In this document: piece after piece, positions 36,236-45,603 of the stretch
Numbering within the stretch: position 1 is the stretch's first letter
Layout of the letters: every line of letters begins with the position of its first letter
NCBI GenBank assembly: GCA_963806225.1
Contig: CAWDXG010000004.1
Location: forward strand, 2,976,001-3,040,000
Direction of reading: 5' to 3'
DNA length: 64,000 nucleotides
Source: an uncultured delta proteobacterium
GTDB taxonomy: Bacteria; Myxococcota_A; Polyangia; Polyangiales; Polyangiaceae
The notes under the pieces: generated by a model
Databases searched by the model: none
What the model was told of the DNA's origin: nothing
What the model saw: only the letters and a program-made list of their open reading frames with translations
Program-made: the position numbers and the translations under genes

Positions 36236-38176
36236 ATGAACAAGGGAACAGCCATCGTCGGCTTCTTCCTCTGCTTTCTAGCGGGGATGGGCCTCATGTG
36301 GGGCGTCGACCGTAGCGCGAACACCGGCATTACCGCCGAGAACGGTTCGGCGACGGCAGCGCTCGATCAGAGCGATGCACCGATACCGGTGACATCGAAG
36401 GACCCGATCTGGGGCGATCCGAACGCTCCGGTCACCATCGTGGAGATCAGCGATTTCCAGTGCCCATTCTGCAAGCGGGTCGGTCCGACCATGGAGCAGA
36501 TCAAGCAGACCTACGGGCCGAAGAAGGTGCGCGTGGTCTGGAAGAACAACCCGCTGCCCTTCCACTCGCACGCCCGCCCGGCCGCCGATGCCGCCATGAC
36601 GGTGTTCGCGCTGGGAGGCAACAAGGCCTTCTGGAAGTACAAGGCGCTGCTCTTCGAGAACCAGCCCAACTTCGACGAGGACAAGTTCGTCGGGTGGGCC
36701 AAGCAGGTCGGCGTCGACCCGCAGAAGTTCAAGGCCGCCCTCGACGCGAAGAAGTACACGTCGAAGGTTGATGACGATCTGGCCTTCTCCAAGAAGGTCG
36801 GCGCCAACGGCACCCCGAACTTCCGCATCAACGGCATCGAGATCAGCGGTGCGCAGCCCTACGACAAGTTCAAGACGGTCATCGACCAGCAGCTGGCCGC
36901 GGCCAAGCAGCTGATCGCGTCGGGCACCAAGCCGGCCAACGTCTACGTCGCGCTGACCAAGAAGAACTTCAAGGCGCCTCCCCAGCAGGCCCAGAACGAC
37001 CAGAAGCCCAAGGAAGACACGACCATCTGGAAGGCGACCATCGACAAGGACAACCCCGTCGAGGGCCCCAGCGATGCGCTCGTCACCATCGTCGAGTTTT
37101 CCGACTTCCAGTGCCCCTTCTGCAAGCGCGTGGAGGGCACGCTCAAGCAGGTCAAGACCACGTACGGCAAGGACGTGCGCATCGTCTGGAAGAACAACCC
37201 GCTGCCCTTCCATCCGCGCGCCAAGCCCGCGGCGACCGTGGCCTGGATGGCGTACAAGCAGAAGGGCAACGCAGCGTTCTGGAAGGTCCACGACGAGCTG
37301 TTCGACAGCCAGCCCAAGCTCTCTGACGACGATCTCAAGAAGATCGCTGACGAGAATGGTCTGAACTGGACGCAGGTGAAGGCCGCGATCGACAGCGACA
37401 AGTACAAGGACGACTTCCAGAAGACGCTCGACGAGGGTTCGGACCTGAACGCCCGCGGCACTCCGCACTTCTTCGTGAACGGCTACCGCATCACCGGCGC
37501 GCAGCCGTTCTCGAAGTTCAAGGAAGTCATCGACGCGCAGCTCGCCAAGGCCAAGGCCATGGTCGCCAAGGGTACGCCCCGCGCCAAGGTCTACGACGAG
37601 ATCATGAAGGAGGCGAAGGGGCCGCCGGAGCCGGAGAAGAAGGACGTTCCCCCGCCCACGGCCGCCAACCCTTCCAAGGGCAACCCGAACGGCAAGATCG
37701 TCATCCAGGAGTGGTCGGACTTCCAGTGCCCCTTCTGCAAGCGCGTGGAGCCGACGATCCAGCAGCTGATGAAGGAGCACCCCGGCAAGATCAAGTTCGT
37801 CTGGCACAACTTCCCGCTGCCCTTCCACCACGACGCTCCGCTCGCCGCGGAGGCCGCGATGGAGGTGTTCCACCAGAAGGGCTCGGCCGGTTTCTGGAAG
37901 TTCCACGACGCCTTGTACGAGTCGCAGCCGGCCATCAAGCGGGCTGATCTCGAGCGCATTGCCCAGCAGATGGGCGGCATCGACATGGCCAAGTTCAAGA
38001 AGGCGCTCGACACGATGCCCTACAAGGACGAGATCCAGAAGGATCAGGACGTCGGCAAGAAGGCGGGCATCAGCGGTACGCCCGCGTTCGTCATCAACGG
38101 CTACTTCGTGAGCGGTGCCCAGCCGATCGGGGCCTTCAATCGCGCGATCAAGTTCGCGACCAAGGGAGGCCACTGA
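36236..38176 (+). CDS. DsbA-family protein with three thioredoxin-fold domains
   Basis: Three DFQCPFC motifs, each followed by PLPFH and a GTP cis-Pro loop; N-terminal TM/signal; AGGAG RBS. Confidence 0.93.
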   Translation: MNKGTAIVGFFLCFLAGMGLMWGVDRSANTGITAENGSATAALDQSDAPIPVTSKDPIWGDPNAPVTIVEISDFQCPFCKRVGPTMEQIKQTYGPKKVRVVWKNNPLPFHSHARPAADAAMTVFALGGNKAFWKYKALLFENQPNFDEDKFVGWAKQVGVDPQKFKAALDAKKYTSKVDDDLAFSKKVGANGTPNFRINGIEISGAQPYDKFKTVIDQQLAAAKQLIASGTKPANVYVALTKKNFKAPPQQAQNDQKPKEDTTIWKATIDKDNPVEGPSDALVTIVEFSDFQCPFCKRVEGTLKQVKTTYGKDVRIVWKNNPLPFHPRAKPAATVAWMAYKQKGNAAFWKVHDELFDSQPKLSDDDLKKIADENGLNWTQVKAAIDSDKYKDDFQKTLDEGSDLNARGTPHFFVNGYRITGAQPFSKFKEVIDAQLAKAKAMVAKGTPRAKVYDEIMKEAKGPPEPEKKDVPPPTAANPSKGNPNGKIVIQEWSDFQCPFCKRVEPTIQQLMKEHPGKIKFVWHNFPLPFHHDAPLAAEAAMEVFHQKGSAGFWKFHDALYESQPAIKRADLERIAQQMGGIDMAKFKKALDTMPYKDEIQKDQDVGKKAGISGTPAFVINGYFVSGAQPIGAFNRAIKFATKGGH

Positions 38177-40254
38177 TGGCAGCGCCCGGGGAACCGTCGC
38201 TCCGATCCCTGAACCGGATCAGAGCCCGGGTCCCCGGGCTCGGTGCCAGGGCGATCCTCTGCTGGGTCGCCCTGGCGCTGTTGCTGATCGGTTGCGGGGG
38301 GAGCACGCCTCCCCCCCGCCAACCGGCTCCGGCCGAGGTCGATCTGGCGCAGGCCTCGACGCAGGCCGCCAGCATCGATCCGGCGGATGTCCCCGTGGGG
38401 AAGCCGCTCGCCGGAGAAGCGCTTTCGAAGATTCCTGTCGAGTCGGACGACGCGGTCTGGGGCAAGTCGACGGCCCCGGTGACACTGGTCGCCTTCCTCG
38501 ACTTCCAGTGTCCGTTCTGCGCGCGCGCCGAGGCCACTGTCGAGACGCTGCGGAAGCAGTACGGACCCGACCAGCTCCGCGTGGTCGTCAAGCACTACCC
38601 CCTGCCCTTCCACCAGGACGCGTTGCCCGCGGCGCTCGCCGCGCAGTCGGTCCGGGATATTGCGGGCAACGAGGCGTTCTTTGCCTACGCGAGCCTGCTG
38701 TACGGAAACCAGCGCTCGCTGGGCGAGGCGAGCCTCGAACAGATGGCCGAGCAGGTCGGGGTGGACCGTTCCCGATTCGAATCGACGTTCCGGTCGGATC
38801 GCGTGCGGCAACAGGTAGCCGCCGACATCGACCTGGCCAACAAGATCGGCGTCGAGGGCACGCCCAATTTCCGGATCAACGGCACCGAGCTCGAGGGCGC
38901 CCAGCCCATCGACCAGTTCAAGCAGATCATCGATCACGAGATTGCCGCGAGTGCGGCCCTGCTCAAGCGCGGCGTTCCCGCGAACGAGGTCTACGCACGC
39001 CGTGTCGTGGCCAACTACACGGCGCCGAAGCCCCGGGCGGCCCACGCGGACGTCCCTGTGGAGGACACCACCGTCTACAAGGTGCCGGTCGGCAAGTCGC
39101 CCGTGCTCGGACCCGCGGGCGCACTGGTCACCATCGTCGAATTCGCGGACTTCCAGTGCCCGTTCTGCAAGCGCGCCGACGAGACGCTGAAGGAAGTACT
39201 GAAGCGCTATCCGGGCAAGGTGCGGCTGGTGTTCAAGCACAAACCGCTGCCCTTCCACAACCGGGCGCTGCCAGCCGCCATGCTCGCGATCGAGGCGCAG
39301 AAGGAACAAGGCAGCAAGGGCTTCTGGAAAGCCCATGACCTGCTGTTCGAGTCGAACCCCCACCTGGACGACGCAGACCTCCTCGACATTGCCAAGAAGC
39401 TTCAGCTGAGCACCCGGCGCGCGAAGGCCGCGATCGCGAACAAGAAGTACCAGGCGATCACGCAGGCCGACTCCGATCTGGCCGACGGCATCGGCGTCCG
39501 TGGTACGCCGTCGTTCTTCATCAACGGACGCAAGCTCGTCGGCGCGCAGCCGCTCGACAGCTTCACCGCACTCATCGACCAGCAGCTTTCGGCGGCCGAG
39601 GCTCTGGTCAAGGACAAGCACGTCCCGGCGGCACGCGTCTACGACACGATCATGAAAGACGCGCAGGGCCCGAAGCCGCCCGCGCAGAAGAGTGTCCCGG
39701 CGGCCACCAAGGCCAATCCGAGCCAGGGTCCGGCGCGGGCGCCGGTCGTGGTGCAGATGTTCGCCGACTTCCAGTGCCCGTTCTGCAAGCGGGTGCTACC
39801 CACGATCGATGCGCTGAAGAAGGCGTTCCCCGGCAAGATCCGCGTGGTGTGGCGGAACCTGCCGCTGCCGTTCCACCCGCACGCGCACGAGGACGCCGCC
39901 GCCGCCATGGAGGCGTTTGCACAGCGCGGCAACGTGGGCTTCTGGAAGATGCACGACCTCATCTACAAGAACCAGGGGACCCCGGACGGGCTGAGCCGCC
40001 CGGCGCTCGAGAAGTACGCGAAGAGCATCGGACTGGACGTGGCGCGCTTCGACAAGGCCCTCGACAGCGGCGCGCACGACGCCGAGATCGACCACGACGC
40101 CGCCGTCGCCGCGCAGGGCGGCATCCGGGGTACCCCGGGCTTCGTGATCAACGGCTACTACGTCTCCGGCGCACAGCCGCTCTCCTCCTTCAAGCGAGCC
40201 GTCCACTTCGCGCTCGACGACCTGAAGCACGGCAAGAAGCCCCCGCGTCCCTGA
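38176..40254 (+). CDS. Second triple-domain DsbA-family protein (lipoprotein)
   Basis: Lipobox LIGC; three DFQCPFC/PLPFH/GTP units; TGATG coupling to the previous gene. Confidence 0.92.
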   Translation: MAAPGEPSLRSLNRIRARVPGLGARAILCWVALALLLIGCGGSTPPPRQPAPAEVDLAQASTQAASIDPADVPVGKPLAGEALSKIPVESDDAVWGKSTAPVTLVAFLDFQCPFCARAEATVETLRKQYGPDQLRVVVKHYPLPFHQDALPAALAAQSVRDIAGNEAFFAYASLLYGNQRSLGEASLEQMAEQVGVDRSRFESTFRSDRVRQQVAADIDLANKIGVEGTPNFRINGTELEGAQPIDQFKQIIDHEIAASAALLKRGVPANEVYARRVVANYTAPKPRAAHADVPVEDTTVYKVPVGKSPVLGPAGALVTIVEFADFQCPFCKRADETLKEVLKRYPGKVRLVFKHKPLPFHNRALPAAMLAIEAQKEQGSKGFWKAHDLLFESNPHLDDADLLDIAKKLQLSTRRAKAAIANKKYQAITQADSDLADGIGVRGTPSFFINGRKLVGAQPLDSFTALIDQQLSAAEALVKDKHVPAARVYDTIMKDAQGPKPPAQKSVPAATKANPSQGPARAPVVVQMFADFQCPFCKRVLPTIDALKKAFPGKIRVVWRNLPLPFHPHAHEDAAAAMEAFAQRGNVGFWKMHDLIYKNQGTPDGLSRPALEKYAKSIGLDVARFDKALDSGAHDAEIDHDAAVAAQGGIRGTPGFVINGYYVSGAQPLSSFKRAVHFALDDLKHGKKPPRP

Positions 40255-40256
40255 GC

Positions 40257-40276
40257 GGTCCCCCGAATGGGGGATC
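40257..40276. terminator. Hairpin between convergent genes
   Basis: GGTCCCCC-GAAT-GGGGGATC directly after the stop codon. Confidence 0.45.
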
Positions 40277-40367
40277 CCGGCGTCTCGTTTCCCGACCCGC
40301 GACAACATCTCCGGCCTGCCCGTATCCAGTATGGGCGTCCTTCCCGTGCCCTGGTGGAAGTCAATCG

Positions 40368-40592
40368 TCAGCGGCGGCGGATGCGGGCGAGCACGGCGCG
40401 GGCGGTCGTGCTCTGGCCGTCCGGGTCGAGGGCCGCTTCGAGCTGGCGCAGGCGCACAGCTACGTCGAAGGCTTCGCGGCGGCCGCTCTCGTCCAGGTCG
40501 TGCCAGGCGGGATGGGCGCGGACCGTGCCGTCCGCGTCGCGCTCCCGCCATGCCGACGCCACCTGTTCGACGAGGTTGTCCCGATCGCTCAT
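40368..40592 (-). CDS. Small (74-aa) hypothetical protein coupled to the ECF sigma factor
   Basis: MSDRDNLVEQVASAWRERD..HPAWHDLD..EAALDPDGQSTTARAVL; ATGA overlap with the ECF stop. Confidence 0.75.
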   Translation of the reverse strand: MSDRDNLVEQVASAWRERDADGTVRAHPAWHDLDESGRREAFDVAVRLRQLEAALDPDGQSTTARAVLARIRRR

Positions 40593-41161
40593 CGCATCAC
40601 CTCCGCCAGATGCACGCCCCGTTTCTCCAGGCATTCGGAAAGCAACCTGCGCGCCCGCACGATGTTCTGCAGAAACGTGTTGAGCCGCATGCCGAGCCGA
40701 TCCGCGAGCACTTCGTCGGGCTCGGTACCGTCGCTGCCCAGGCGCTCTTCGAGCGCAGCCGCCGGCTTGTTCGGCAGCTTCTCGTGGCAGTAATGGATCC
40801 AGCGCCGGAGCAGTGGATCCGGCGGGCGCGGCAGACCGGCTTCGAGAGCGGCGGCTTCGAGCGCGCGGATCTCGTCCGTCGACAGACGTCGACGCCTCAG
40901 CTCGTCGATAGCGAGATTTCTCGCGATGCGGATTGCGAGACGCGCAAGGCCGTCTGGTTTCCCATCTGCCACGAAGCGCGGCGCCACCTGCCACACGCGA
41001 AGCAGCGCCTCCTGGATCACGGCCTCGGCGTCGACCTGGCCCACGTAGGCCCGGAGGCTCGCGCGCAGACGCTGCTCGACGCCAGCGACCCAGCGCCCGA
41101 AGGCATCTGGATCGCCGGAGACGATGTCAGGCAGGTAGGAGTCGAGGTCGGATTCCATCAA
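40589..41161 (-). CDS. ECF-type RNA polymerase sigma factor
   Basis: GDPDAFGRW, DAEAVIQEALLRVW, RIARNLAIDELRRR (region 2) and a degenerate region 4 (LADRLGMRLNTF..RARRLL). Confidence 0.85.
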   Translation of the reverse strand: MMESDLDSYLPDIVSGDPDAFGRWVAGVEQRLRASLRAYVGQVDAEAVIQEALLRVWQVAPRFVADGKPDGLARLAIRIARNLAIDELRRRRLSTDEIRALEAAALEAGLPRPPDPLLRRWIHYCHEKLPNKPAAALEERLGSDGTEPDEVLADRLGMRLNTFLQNIVRARRLLSECLEKRGVHLAEVMR

Positions 41162-43542
41162 AGTCCGATCAGCAGGGTCGTGCCCGGCAACTGCAGCATC
41201 ACTGCGTTCGGGCGTGCACCCGCGTGCTGGAGGGTGATGCGCAGCGTGCTGCCGGCGGCGACAGTTCCCGAACGGGTCGAGCGTGTCGCATCAACAGGCG
41301 CGGAGACGACGCCCTGCTCGAGGTGCAGCTCGGCGAACGAGGGCGTGCTCCAATCGAGGTCGCGCTCGTCGAGCGTGAACTCGACGACGATCTGCTCATC
41401 CGTGTGCAACAGGATCACGCCCTTCAGGATCCGTGTCGTCCGGAGCACGCCGGTCTGCGTGGTCTCGTGCGGTTGCGGGGGAGCGCCGGTGGGCGGCGGC
41501 GGAGGCGCGGCGCCCATCCGCGGCGGCCCACCAGCGGGCGGCGGGGCACCGCCCGTTCCGCCTGCAGCTCCCGGCGCCGCGGGACGACTCCGCGTGAGCC
41601 CGCCGAACACCCGTCGGCGCTGCGGCGCCATCGGCGCAGCAGGCATGGGAGCCGCGGGCGCCGCGAACGCGAGCGACCTCATGACGCCGGTTGGCGCCAT
41701 CGCCGGGCGCAGTCCGACGCCTTCCGCACTCATCCCGTACGGCAGCTCGTGCGGCATGCGCACGCGGCGAGTCGGCTCGCGGGGGTCCACCGACGCTTCC
41801 TCGTCGATGGCCACCCACGACGTGAGGCGTGTCGCGATCGAGAACGCGAGCCCCAGTCGCTCGATCTCGTTGTCGATCGCGGGGTCGCCGTGCGCTGCAC
41901 GAAGCGTTTCCAGATCGTCCACGCGCTCGCGCGCGTACAGCGCCGCGATGGCTGCATCGCCCGTGGCTTCGGCGGCAGGTGACACCTGCAGTCGGTGTTC
42001 CCAGACGCCGCGTTCCGTTCTGCCGCGCACCGCGAGCTGACCGCCCTCGGCGCGTAGGTGCAACGACAGCAGTGCGGGCGCGCCCGCGAACAGATCGGGC
42101 AGCTTCGCCGGCGCGCTGTCGAGCAACGCATCGCCCGAAAGCTCCAGGTCGACGACCAGCGGCGCGTCGGTGCGCGCCACCAGGCGCCGCGCCGCGCGCT
42201 CTGCGTCCTCGTCGATCCCTATGATGACCTCCTCGCCGCGTCCGGCCCGCGCGGCCGAGCGCGTCAGCGAGCGATTGACGCCCGAGCCGACGCCGACCGT
42301 GTGGACCCGCGATCCCTCCGGCAATCGGTCCAGGATCTCGCCGACGATCTCGCTCTCGAAGCCGATCAGTCCGTCGGTCACCAGCACGACCTGGCGCTGC
42401 GCGCCGTATCGCAGCGGAGCGAGGGCCTCGAGGATGCCACTGCGCATCTCGGTGCCGCCGCTTGCGCGTAGCGACGCGACCCACTTGTGCGCGCGCTCGC
42501 GCCCGCGGTGATTCATCGCGATGGGCTTTCTCGCCCAGCGCGTGACGAACGACGCGAAGGAGAGCATCTCCAGACGATCGCGCTCGGAGAGCGTGTCGAT
42601 CAGGGCTGCGACGACGCGCTGGGCCTGGGCGAGCGGCATGCCGTGCATCGAGCCGCTGGTGTCGAGCAGCACGATCAGATCGCGCGCTACCGGCTCGCCC
42701 TGATGCTCGCGCTCCGGGGGCACGAGCGTGAAGAGACCGTACGCCGCATCGCTCCCGCCAGGTCGGGCGACAGCGAGCGTGGCGCCGACCTCCGGCTGGG
42801 CCACGCTCCAGCGCACCACAACGTCTCGATCGAGCCGCGCGCCTTCCTCGTCGCGGAATACGACGTCCGTCGTTGCTCCGTTGGTTGCGACGTCGAGCGC
42901 ATGGGAAGGCGAGCTGGGTGCGCGCGTCGTGCTGTCGTGGACGCAGAGGGCGAGCGAGGTGCGCGCGTCGAGAGGCCGATCGGCGACGTCCACGGTGACG
43001 CGCTCGGCGTCGGGGACGCGCCCTTCGGCGCCGAGATAACGTGGCGCGACCACGGTCGGGAAGCGCCATTCCCAGGCGCCCTCGTCCAGCCACGCGAGCC
43101 GCTGGTCGATGCTGATCTCCACGACCACTTCTTCGCCGGGCGGGATGTTGCCGATCTCCTGCGTGAACAGATCCGCCCGCTCCTCCTCCAGCAGCGCGGC
43201 GCTCTGCCCCTCGAGGATGGCTTCCTCGAAGCGCTGGCGCGCGTCGGCTCGCCTGTCGATCTCGCCCACCATGCGGCGATCGCCAATGCGGAACGCATAG
43301 CCGCTGACCGCTGCGTCGGCTGGCAGCGGCACCTGGTAGGTGACGCGCAGCGGCTCGTCGTATGGATTGGCAAAGCGCTGCTCCAGCACGACGCGTGCGA
43401 TGCCGCCGCGGGCGGCGCCGCGAATGGCGGTCCCGGTCAGAGGCAGCTCCCGTCCGTCGGCGGCTACGAGGCGGCCGCCGCACGAAACGTGGGTCGTGGC
43501 CGCGGGGGAAGGGGTCGGGCTCATCGCTGGCATCGGCATCAT
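41158..43542 (-). CDS. VIT + vWA domain protein
   Basis: VIT: LEQRFANP..YQVPLPADAAVSG..FTQEIGNIPPG; vWA MIDAS DTSGSM, GGTEM, LVTDG; AGGAGG RBS before ATG 43542. Confidence 0.92.
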   Translation of the reverse strand: MMPMPAMSPTPSPAATTHVSCGGRLVAADGRELPLTGTAIRGAARGGIARVVLEQRFANPYDEPLRVTYQVPLPADAAVSGYAFRIGDRRMVGEIDRRADARQRFEEAILEGQSAALLEEERADLFTQEIGNIPPGEEVVVEISIDQRLAWLDEGAWEWRFPTVVAPRYLGAEGRVPDAERVTVDVADRPLDARTSLALCVHDSTTRAPSSPSHALDVATNGATTDVVFRDEEGARLDRDVVVRWSVAQPEVGATLAVARPGGSDAAYGLFTLVPPEREHQGEPVARDLIVLLDTSGSMHGMPLAQAQRVVAALIDTLSERDRLEMLSFASFVTRWARKPIAMNHRGRERAHKWVASLRASGGTEMRSGILEALAPLRYGAQRQVVLVTDGLIGFESEIVGEILDRLPEGSRVHTVGVGSGVNRSLTRSAARAGRGEEVIIGIDEDAERAARRLVARTDAPLVVDLELSGDALLDSAPAKLPDLFAGAPALLSLHLRAEGGQLAVRGRTERGVWEHRLQVSPAAEATGDAAIAALYARERVDDLETLRAAHGDPAIDNEIERLGLAFSIATRLTSWVAIDEEASVDPREPTRRVRMPHELPYGMSAEGVGLRPAMAPTGVMRSLAFAAPAAPMPAAPMAPQRRRVFGGLTRSRPAAPGAAGGTGGAPPPAGGPPRMGAAPPPPPTGAPPQPHETTQTGVLRTTRILKGVILLHTDEQIVVEFTLDERDLDWSTPSFAELHLEQGVVSAPVDATRSTRSGTVAAGSTLRITLQHAGARPNAVMLQLPGTTLLIGL

Positions 43543-43580
43543 CGCGCACCTCCTCGGTTTTCGTCTCGCTTCGACCGTCC

Positions 43581-43607
43581 AACGGGCCCCGGCCTGCTCC
43601 GGTGACA
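43581..43607 (-). promoter_or_regulatory. Putative ECF-dependent promoter TGTCACC-N16-CGTT
   Basis: -35 at 43607-43601, 16-nt spacer, -10 at 43584-43581, 38 nt upstream of the VIT-vWA start; resembles the TGTCACA-N16-CGTC ECF promoter type. Confidence 0.6.
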
Positions 43608-43722
43608 GAAAATCGACATCCGGAAAACGTGGGCCGGTGCGGCCTGGTATGCTGCGCCGCGGCGGAACGGTGAGGGTGGACACGGAACGAAGGCGCGAAC
43701 GAACGCGGGCTTCGGAGGCCTT

Positions 43723-44120
43723 GTGCAACTGGTTGCCCTACTCGCCTGCAAGGGCAGGCATTCGCGCCGGAGCACGAGCGGGTCGTCGCCTGCGCCCGCA
43801 CCAGCAGACACGGGCAAGCCGATGACGCCCTTTGCCGCGCCGGGCCTCGACACCCTGACGCACAAGCCGCTCGCCGTACTGTGGCAGATGAATCCGTGGC
43901 TGACGGTGATCGGTTCCGAGGTTCCAACGGTCGTCGTGTACGACGATGGGCTGGTCGTGATGCACAGGATCGCCGGACACTCGGTCTCGCGATTCGAGGG
44001 GCAGCTCACTCACGCCGATGCGCGGGCTCTGGCGGCACGCATCGACGCTGGTCTGGCAAAGGCGCCGCACGACTCCCGCGCCACCGGCGCGACGGATCAG
44101 CCGACCGTAGACGTGGTCCC
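43723..44120 (+). pseudogene. Probable truncated hypothetical gene fragment
   Basis: Protein-like stretch PLAVLWQMNPWLTVIGSEVPTVVVYDDGLVV..TDQPTV, after which the frame loses coding character. Confidence 0.35.
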
Positions 44121-44194
44121 GGCTGAACGCAGCAGTCGAGTTCGGCCTTCGTCTCGTCGAGCTCGAAGAGCAGACGGGACGACCTGTCCCGGAA

Positions 44195-44689
44195 GTGGTT
44201 CTTCGCGCTACGAATCAACGCATCTCGGAGATTGTGACGGTGCTGCTCGACCCGCGGCAGGCTCGCTTCGGAGCGGCCTACGCTGACCGCGCAGCGATGA
44301 TCGAAGACGCCGTCGGCTACATCGCGAGGCAGCCACTGCGCGATCGCGGGCTGCGCGAACGTGTTCATGGCCTGTCGAAGACCCGTGCCCAGCTGTCGCG
44401 CGGAGCTTCGGATCGCGTGCTCCACGGCCACGACAAGTTCTACCTTCTTCAGCGGAAGGACGCCCTTGCGCTTCGAGAAAGACTCGAGAAATGCGTCGTC
44501 GATGACGGCAACGACGAAGGACTCATCGCGCTGCTCGATGCCCTGGACTCGCTGGAGGGAACTTGGTTGATGTGCACCACCAAGGCCGGCGAGCTGATAC
44601 CGGCAACCGGCTCCGAGGTGGACAGCACCGATCTTGCAGGCGTGCTTCGAGCCATCCCACCCCTAGGGTCGAACCCCGCGGAGCAGTAG
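44195..44689 (+). CDS. Hypothetical protein or gene remnant
   Basis: 164-aa ORF with plausible helical composition; no recognised motif. Confidence 0.4.
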   Translation: MVLRATNQRISEIVTVLLDPRQARFGAAYADRAAMIEDAVGYIARQPLRDRGLRERVHGLSKTRAQLSRGASDRVLHGHDKFYLLQRKDALALRERLEKCVVDDGNDEGLIALLDALDSLEGTWLMCTTKAGELIPATGSEVDSTDLAGVLRAIPPLGSNPAEQ

Positions 44690-44975
44690 AAACCTACGCT
44701 ATCTGGCGACGGATGGCACCTATCTCTTGACGACGTGGCCCCCGGGGATCGACTTCGCAGTTCGGGCGCTATGTCCCCCCCGCGGGCAACAGCTTCGCGC
44801 AGGAGCTCCAGGCGGGCTCAGCGCCAGCGGCTCAGCTCGGAGAGCAACGCCTCGAGCCTCTTCTCGTGCAGCACGAACAGCCGGCGCCGGACAAGCTTGG
44901 CGAAGTGCTGGACCGACGAGGCACGAACAGCGCGACGCGCTCTAGCAGGGGCGGAAACGCGCGCTATACTGCCGC

Positions 44976-45509
44976 GTGAAGACCGTCGCTTGGTTCGGGG
45001 CTCTGGCGTGCATCGCATGCGCGGGCAATGCGACCCGTACCGAGGCGCCGCCAGCGCGAGGCACCGCTGAGGCAGTGCAGCCGGACTCGGCACCGGCCCC
45101 AGCTCCTGCCGCCGCGCATGCACCGCCGTACCAGCAGCCGTCGCAGCTGCCGCCAAGCTATGGCGAGAACCGCAGTGTTCCTCGGTTTCCGCCGGCGTCG
45201 GAGCAGGAGCTCGCCTCGTGCGGCCGCTCGCGCGCGGGACTGTGGGCGTTCATCGGGCGGAGCTGCGCGCCCGAGAGCCCGGGGCCAGCCTGCCGCTATC
45301 TGCTGAAGATGAACGACGCGGGCGTCGAGCTCCTACCCACAGCAGGCGGGGTCACACTTCGCGGCGCCAAAGGCCAAAGCAAGGCGGGCGACACGCTCTA
45401 CGACATCGAGCACGGGCGCGGCTCCCTGCTCGTGGACGGTCCGCGAAACGAAGCGACGCTCCAACTCGGAAGCTCGCACTGCATCGGCACGCTGGTGCCT
45501 CCGCCGTGA
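44976..45509 (+). CDS. Hypothetical lipoprotein
   Basis: MKTVAWFGALACIAC lipobox-like leader, Pro/Ala linker, several Cys. Confidence 0.65.
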   Translation: MKTVAWFGALACIACAGNATRTEAPPARGTAEAVQPDSAPAPAPAAAHAPPYQQPSQLPPSYGENRSVPRFPPASEQELASCGRSRAGLWAFIGRSCAPESPGPACRYLLKMNDAGVELLPTAGGVTLRGAKGQSKAGDTLYDIEHGRGSLLVDGPRNEATLQLGSSHCIGTLVPPP

Positions 45510-45603
45510 GCGCCACGCGCTTGCATGAATTCCCGGAGCTCCGTCAGCTCCGTTGTTTCAAGCACGCGCGTCGCGGCGTCGCGCGAAGGACCGTCGAAGC
45601 CGC

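Noticed and set aside
36278..39621. Long antisense ORFs (e.g. 36278..38173, 38101..39621, also 3545..5128 and 17751..19637)
   Set aside because: Shadow frames of high-GC genes with no motifs; typical of stop-codon scarcity.
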